Below are positions 58,033-64,000 of a DNA stretch of 64,000 nt, one piece after another (positions within the stretch are counted from its first letter, which is position 1; each line of letters starts with the position of its first letter). The notes beneath the pieces are model-generated. The model searched no databases, had not been told where the DNA came from, and worked only from the letters and a program-made list of their open reading frames with translations. The position numbers were made by a program, and so were the translations under genes. This stretch comes from Neoconidiobolus thromboides FSU 785 (Eukaryota; Fungi; Entomophthoromycota), in contig MU626357.1 of assembly GCA_025603075.1 (NCBI GenBank), positions 1 through 64,000 of the forward strand. Direction: 5' to 3'.

Positions 58033-59913
58033 TTACTCAAGAATAACTGAAGGAATAAATAATTTGGCAGAGAAAGTAAAAACAGAACCTCTTCCTTTAC
58101 AAGAGCGTATGGCCATATTACCATGGAATAACTTGATATAATAACTTAACATCCAGAAGCCTAAGCCTAATTCAATGTTGTTTGATAAGTCGGTAACTAA
58201 TTTATCATCATTATCGCTTAATGTTCTAGTATCACAATCGATTTGATTAATAGCACGTATAATCTTAGATACTTGATCATTACGCATACCAATACCAAAG
58301 TCAACCACATGGAAATAAAATACTTTTCTAGAATAAGTTTTCGGCAATGTAGGATCAGTTTCAATAGGATAAACCAAGTTCTCCACATTAGAGATAAAAG
58401 AAGGATTGTATTGACTATCAAAAGTACAACATCTTGGATCTTTTAAGAAAGGAATGAATGCTGCTGGTGGATCTTCATTTAGGGAGATAAAAATCGAGAC
58501 ATCTTGATCTCTAGTACTGTATTTGATAGAGTTATTGAGTAATATAGACATGGCCTGTTTTAACCTTAGTTGGTCACCTATGATAAATTGTGGAGTATCA
58601 GGTAATACATTGAGATGAAGTTGAATGTTTTTTGTTTTTGCATAATTAGATTGCTGTTCAAATACACCAGTTACTAGTTGATTTATGTTTAGTGTCTGGT
58701 TAATAAGGGTTAATTGATTAGATTCAATCTTAACAGATTCATCTAAGTTTAATAAGATACCATCTAATTGATTAAAGTAATTATTTATATAATTGAATTG
58801 TATTGTTTGTTCTTCATTTAAGTTATTATGTTGGGCTATAGCTTGTAAACACTGCTTAATATACTTAAGTGGATCATTTAGTTCTTTATTTAAATGCGTA
58901 ATCAATTTCGACTTAAATTGATTATTAATATCGGCATCCTGTTTTAATTGATACAAGTTATGATTATTACGCATTTGATTTTGAATCTTCTTTAAATGAT
59001 ATGATTCCAATTGAATTTGTCTTGCTTGTTGTAAAGCAATTTCTAATTGTACTAACACATCCTCAAACATCTCAAGATCTTCTTCATTCAAAATGATACT
59101 CTCTTGCTCATAAAACCCCAAGATAAAACCTTTACCACCATTTTCACTCATTTCAAAGGACATGGCTAAGCCACTCTTAAATAAAGCACCTCTTTGTTTA
59201 TTGACTAATTCTACCATATCATTACAATTCAAATGTAAAGTACAAGTAGTACAAATAATCTTTTTGACAATATCATTGTTTGGGTCCATGTTAATAGTTT
59301 TCCAATAATGAGCTTTGATACCGGAATTTTCTTTGACCTGATTATGAGTCTGGATATACTCAGAATAACAAATGAGATCACCATTGACCTCATCAGGTAA
59401 AAAAATTGCTAAGCCACTGAAATTCAAATTGACACTTAACTCATGGACTACTACGTCACAAATCACCTCCACGTCCAATTTTTTACGGATTTGATTGGTG
59501 ATTTTACGGAACTTTCTTAACACGTCATTAGCAACTTGTAAACTTTGTTCATGTTTTATACGGAAGCCTAATTCTTCTTGAAGCAATGCAGTTTTTACAG
59601 GTAATGAAAATACTTTTGGGATAACAAAGATAAGAACACAGGCGGTAGCAAAAGACACAATAGCACACAAAACTTTAGAAGCTAATAAAACTGGGTCCGT
59701 TCGGGTCCATGGTACCCATATAGCTACTAAATGAGTAATACCACAAGCAGTAATAAAAACTTCAAAAAATACTAAAACATATTTAAAAGGCAAAGGACGT
59801 GTCAATGAACGTTGAAAAAACCATATTTCAATTGGAATAGCAAAATAAGATAAACAAATGATAATGTCGGATACTACAGTACCTATAACTATTGGGTCAG
59901 AAAGATCCAACAT
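58033..59913 (-). CDS. Ethylene-receptor-like protein (ethylene-binding TM domain + GAF-like region + degenerate HisKA + HATPase; no receiver)
   Basis: SDIIICLSYFAIP, FITACGITHL and KVLCAIVSFATA mirror the three ETR1 helices. N box LLNNSIKYS, G1 box DFGIG, G2 box LGLG..HG..GRGS.FTF. The H-box reads LNKEL instead of MNHEM. Confidence 0.9.
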   Translation of the reverse strand: MLDLSDPIVIGTVVSDIIICLSYFAIPIEIWFFQRSLTRPLPFKYVLVFFEVFITACGITHLVAIWVPWTRTDPVLLASKVLCAIVSFATACVLIFVIPKVFSLPVKTALLQEELGFRIKHEQSLQVANDVLRKFRKITNQIRKKLDVEVICDVVVHELSVNLNFSGLAIFLPDEVNGDLICYSEYIQTHNQVKENSGIKAHYWKTINMDPNNDIVKKIICTTCTLHLNCNDMVELVNKQRGALFKSGLAMSFEMSENGGKGFILGFYEQESIILNEEDLEMFEDVLVQLEIALQQARQIQLESYHLKKIQNQMRNNHNLYQLKQDADINNQFKSKLITHLNKELNDPLKYIKQCLQAIAQHNNLNEEQTIQFNYINNYFNQLDGILLNLDESVKIESNQLTLINQTLNINQLVTGVFEQQSNYAKTKNIQLHLNVLPDTPQFIIGDQLRLKQAMSILLNNSIKYSTRDQDVSIFISLNEDPPAAFIPFLKDPRCCTFDSQYNPSFISNVENLVYPIETDPTLPKTYSRKVFYFHVVDFGIGMRNDQVSKIIRAINQIDCDTRTLSDNDDKLVTDLSNNIELGLGFWMLSYYIKLFHGNMAIRSCKGRGSVFTFSAKLFIPSVILE

Positions 59914-61729
59914 ATTGATATATATATATTTTTTTTATAAATTAAGTTTGTTGAAATCATTTGTTTATTATTTAAAGCTTTTTATATGTCTAACTTTAGG
60001 TTTATTTTGAGTATTTTTTATTTGTATACACCCCTTACTTTTACTCCATGTTTAATAAGGGAACCATGTTTTTAGAATGCAGGAAAAGAGGATATTATTT
60101 GTCTGGATGGCATCAAAATCGAAATTAAAATTAAAACTTGTATAAAATTTAAAAAGAACTTGTTAATTACATCTATTACAAAATTTATATTATTAAATTA
60201 TAATATAAACAGTATAGAAATAAGTATAATATAATTTTATTTATATTATTTTACTTTGAATCTTCACGTAAAAAGCCCAATTTAATAAAGTAGTATTGGT
60301 CTTCCATTACTCCTTAAACAAAGATTAAAAGAAGTTAACTTTTTTATACATTTTATTTTCAAACATAGTAATTTTACATACTAAAAATCACAGTTACTAA
60401 TAGATTATTAAAATTTGTAACAACAATACTGATCGAACAGTCTAAGTCTAGTATCTATAAATTATATTAATCTTTAGTTAATCGGAGTTGTAATACATTG
60501 AGCTTATTAACTTGAATTCTATATTTTTTTAAAACATTTTATATAAAATGTAAGTTTAGTTAAAAAGATAAGTAAGATAGATTAATAACAAATTTAATAA
60601 ACAAGTTATGTTGTGTTGATTGAGATACTATTGTTTTTAATAAATAGAAGGGAAATTAAAGAAGATCTAGATATTTATAAGATTTAATTAGCATTTATTC
60701 AAAATTGAAGAATTAAAAAATTAATACTAGCATAATAAAGCATAAAAATATAATAAAAATCATTTTTAGTCACCACTTATTTTAATTCAAATATTATTTT
60801 TATTAATGCATGTATCTAACTTTTAAAACAACAATAATATGGTGACTATAAAATTTATGCTAATTAATATAAATACTTTATTAACATATTAATTATGTTT
60901 TATAAGAGATTAATCCCTTGATCCTTAAACTCATTATTATTATTGTATAAAATCAAATAAATTATAACAAATTAAGCTAAGGAAGTACATTCCTTATAAA
61001 AAGGAGAGAATAAGGTAACTTGATAATTACTGTAGTCAATTAAGCTAGTAATATTTCATAAGAAGGGATAAGCAAGATAGGAAATACATCAAGTTTATCA
61101 ATAGAGTTAGATGTTTGATATTAATAGATTGTGATTGTGCATATATAGTTAGTATTATAAAACTCAGTTCAAAAATAATTATTTTTTCAATAAAAGAAAC
61201 TAACGAGGTTATCTTTAAAGATTAAGAGTAAAAAGGAAATAAACACTAAGCTTGGTTTGTTTTTAAAGGGTGGGTAGTAATTTAATACGATTAAAAGCTT
61301 AGAATAGTTTATTTGCGATCCTTTTTTATTTTAAAAAAATGTAAAAATACTAAATTGAATAAAATCAGGAGCAGTCAAAAAAGTCATAGTAATAATAATA
61401 AAGTATCATGAAGAATAAAAATAATTTAAAGCTGTTTATTATTTAAAAATAGATAATTAATAATACAAATGTACTTCATAATAATAAAATGTAATCAAAA
61501 GTATATTAATCTTTTTAGAAATAATATAAAACGTTGCATTTACTCACAAATTCCTTACAGTTGCAATTTTGTCTTAGTGTTCTCATGAAAGCCACCTGTT
61601 TAACTACTAATCAATTTTTAAATTGAAGTCACTTTCTTCTTACCCATCTTACTTTAACTCATTTCATTTCATTCTAGAATCGGCTGTAGTTAAGATGGCT
61701 TTGCTTTTTTTAAATTTTCTGTCAACGTT

Positions 61730-61827
61730 GGGAGATGTATTTTTGTATTTAAGAATTTTACTGACAATTTTTCTACATAAATAGCGCTTAAAAAATGGAA
61801 AAATAATGAAACTAAAAAAACAGTCCC
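61730..61827 (-). mobile_element. MITE copy M
   Basis: About 95% identical to the reverse complement of D2. Flanks CGTT / ATTT do not match. Confidence 0.88.
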
Positions 61828-62772
61828 ATTTTTATATTAGTTCATGAATATATATATTACCTTATCAAAAATTTGCTATAAAAGAAAATTAACAGAAAGT
61901 TAGAAAATAAAAACATCTAACTACAACCAACTCTCTATAATGCTTTCTTAACAACAAGCATTTGAGTTTTGGCTTTTTTATAATATTTAAAAAAAACAAG
62001 TCACTTTTATTAAAAATATTAAGATTGAAGAAATTCAAAATTGTTTTTTATAAATGGTCTAAAATATTGTTCAAATTTATTGTTAAAAATGAAAATGAGT
62101 AAATTGATTAAATTTGTTAGATGGACTTCATTAACCTGAGGATTAAATTTTCCTGATTATAGTTTTTTACCGAAAAGAAACAGATTAACCTAGCATTAAG
62201 GGGCTTGAACATAACTAAGGCTAACAAGGCCTTGTTTTTGAAGAAGGGTTTCTGAGTCTGCTAAAGGGCCATGTAGTTGTTAGGCATCAACATATAGTCT
62301 TCTTAGTATTTATTATATATTCCATTAACTATTTGGTTTGTAAAACCTTTAGTAAATAGGGATGTCTTTTATTGCCTTTTCTTATTGTTCTTAAAATTAG
62401 AAAAATTAACTAATGCATTCGTTTAAGTTTACATGTGCACGATCAGGTAGTAAATTTTATAGCTAATAATTTACTCTTTATAGTATTTTTGAGGGCTATT
62501 AATTTAATTTTTGTTCGAAATAAACAGTTAGCTATCACACATCCAAGCTTGAACAGTATACTAATTAATTAATTTCTAATTTTAAAAAATAGTAAAAAGG
62601 ACAATTGGCAAAAAATATCCCCAAATATTATTTATCATGTTAATAATTAAGAAATCATTTCTGTTTCTAGACATAATTAAAAGTTCTTAGTAAATACTTT
62701 AGACACATAACTTTTAATTTTTATTGTAAGAAAGATAAGTTAGGATAAATGTAGAAAAAATAGAAGATATTT

Positions 62773-62860
62773 GGGGACACCTTCTTTGGTTTCATTTATT
62801 TTTTCATTTCTTAAGCGCTATTAAGTGGAAATAATATCAATAGAATGCTTAAACAAAAGA
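62773..62860 (+). mobile_element. MITE copy N (degenerate, right end eroded)
   Basis: GGGGACA..TTTCATT..TTAAGCGCTATTAAGTGGAAA..CTTAAACAAAA. Confidence 0.6.
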
Positions 62861-63092
62861 GGGATACTTATGTGTATTCCTATAAAAATTCGGTGAGTTT
62901 CTTTATTTCAAATTAAATTGAAAGTAAAACGATAATGAAATAAAAAACACCCTATAATTGTTTTTATTTAACTTTCTATTTATTTTATACATATTGTAAT
63001 ATGCAATCTAAATCTAAAGTCTAAAAATATTTCTAAACAATTTTTTGATATTAAATTTATCTGGATATTCTAACAGGTGTTTGATTTGTTAT

Positions 63093-63191
63093 GGGGATGT
63101 TTTTTTGGCTTCATTACTTTTTTCATCCTTTAAGTGCTATTTGAGTGGAAAAATTACTAGTAAAACTCTTAAACACAAAAATATATCCCCC
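63093..63191 (+). mobile_element. MITE copy O
   Basis: Near-consensus, GGGGATG..ATCCCCC ends, TTAT on both flanks (63089-92, 63192-95). Confidence 0.88.
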
Positions 63192-64000
63192 TTATGTTAG
63201 ATGGCCAGTATATTTAATTTATTTGATAGTTTTATTTATTTATTTATTTATTTATTTATTTGCTTTATCTTATTAATGAAATATTTATCTTTAAGCAATT
63301 TATAACGTTAAATGATAAGCAATTAGTAAAGTTGATTGCTTTATTAAATTTAATTATTTAAAATATTAATAAATATATTTGACTTGTCAATTATTTAAAT
63401 GGAGAAAAAATAAAAAAAAGTTTGATATTGTAATCTAATAAATTATTATATCGTCATAATGAACATTACCATAGGGACATATATCTTTTAATAAAATCAT
63501 ATTAATATTTAAATATTTTTAGAACTAGTAACATTGCTAGAATTTAGTTTCTTAATAAGTAATTGGAACTATATCAACTAATTTTTATAATAATAAAAGT
63601 GGTTAAAAGTAAATAATTTTATAACATTAAGCATGCTAATTAAAGGCTTGATATTTATTTTGTATTAGTATTATTATAAAAATAGTGGTAATAAATTGAA
63701 AGCTATGTTAAATAAAGCTTTCAAAGATAAAATCTTAAAATACAATATCAAATTTCATACACAAAATACTGTAACCATTATTTAGCATACCATTTTATTA
63801 CTATTTTAAACTATTGAGAGTAATCTTTATCTCCGTATCTTCGAGTTCTAGAATAACAGATTCGCTAACTAACTTTTATATTGGGATATAAGGTCCACAA
63901 AAACAATTCTGTGATTTATTATAGTCAGAATTTATATCATTATGGTTGGGTATAATTCAATTAAGGTGGTTGCTAAGGTTATTATTATTTACACAAAATA

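Noticed and set aside
57868-58040. Hidden downstream exon encoding a receiver domain for the ethylene receptor (GA|GTAAAT at the stop resembles a donor site)
   Set aside because: Only 165 bp of AT-rich DNA separate it from the convergent gene, too little for a ~120-aa receiver.
9046-58446. Many short antisense or alternate-frame ORFs (e.g. 9046-9423, 10421-10720, 14786-15133, 23187-23429, 42825-43244, 49510-49764, 58218-58446)
   Set aside because: They are shadows of real genes on the other strand or frame, with no independent support.
54887-59913. PHP + TspO-like + ethylene receptor as a functional cluster
   Set aside because: Adjacency alone in a compact genome, with mixed orientations and no shared motif.
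61588-61702. Imperfect inverted repeat AAAGCCA..TTAACTAC / GTAGTTAA..TGGCTTT
   Set aside because: Only 8+7 bp of pairing, no TSD and no second copy.
62345-62622. Two possible very old MITE half-copies
   Set aside because: Similarity is limited to the terminus and A/T runs, so they were not counted.
1385-63191. Reading the MITE family as TA-duplicating Tc1/mariner (Stowaway-like) elements
   Set aside because: Several copies have non-TA flanks that are duplicated as 4-mers (AAAT, ATTT, ATAA, TTAT), so a 4-bp TSD fits better.
1-64000. CRISPR arrays, tRNA/rRNA genes and U12-type introns
   Set aside because: No regularly spaced repeat-spacer array, no canonical T-loop with cloverleaf, and all introns I traced were GT-AG without the GTATCCTT donor.

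Overview
This window is the left end of a chromosome from a very AT-rich eukaryote. It starts with (CTAACC)15, i.e. a TTAGGG telomere, followed by about 1 kb of rearranged subtelomeric repeat and then 26 protein-coding genes, many split by short (~45-65 nt) GT-AG introns. Gene content and intron style point to an early-diverging fungus, plausibly Conidiobolus-like/Entomophthoromycotina (inference, not a database result). Recognisable genes: proline iminopeptidase, SIL1, PI31, two tandem expansin/loosenin-like DPBB proteins with a CBM19-like tail, a cytochrome P450, a bZIP factor, SCO1, two 7TM-RGS receptors around a UNC-93-like MFS transporter, ERG25, UTP11, a GPI-PLD homolog, PTR2, cystinosin, VPS9, a 2-hydroxyacid dehydrogenase, a LysM protein, a Shewanella-like phosphatase ending in KDEL, a PAK kinase, a TrhO-like rhodanese, a PHP-domain protein, a TspO-like protein and an ethylene-receptor-like protein. 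Most notable observations: (1) the ethylene-receptor homolog keeps the copper/ethylene-binding residues but has Lys in place of the phospho-acceptor His and no receiver domain; (2) a ~98-bp MITE family has 16 copies in the window, 4-bp AT-rich target duplications and GRG..CYC-like ends (Sola-like), and includes fold-back derivatives and a tandem dimer; (3) the two otherwise diverged 7TM-RGS paralogs share a 149-bp perfectly identical tract (gene conversion); (4) a subtelomeric inversion is flanked by a perfect 52-bp inverted duplication. All alignments were done by eye and no searches were run. Spliced-gene coordinates run from first to last codon, and intron boundaries were read manually.
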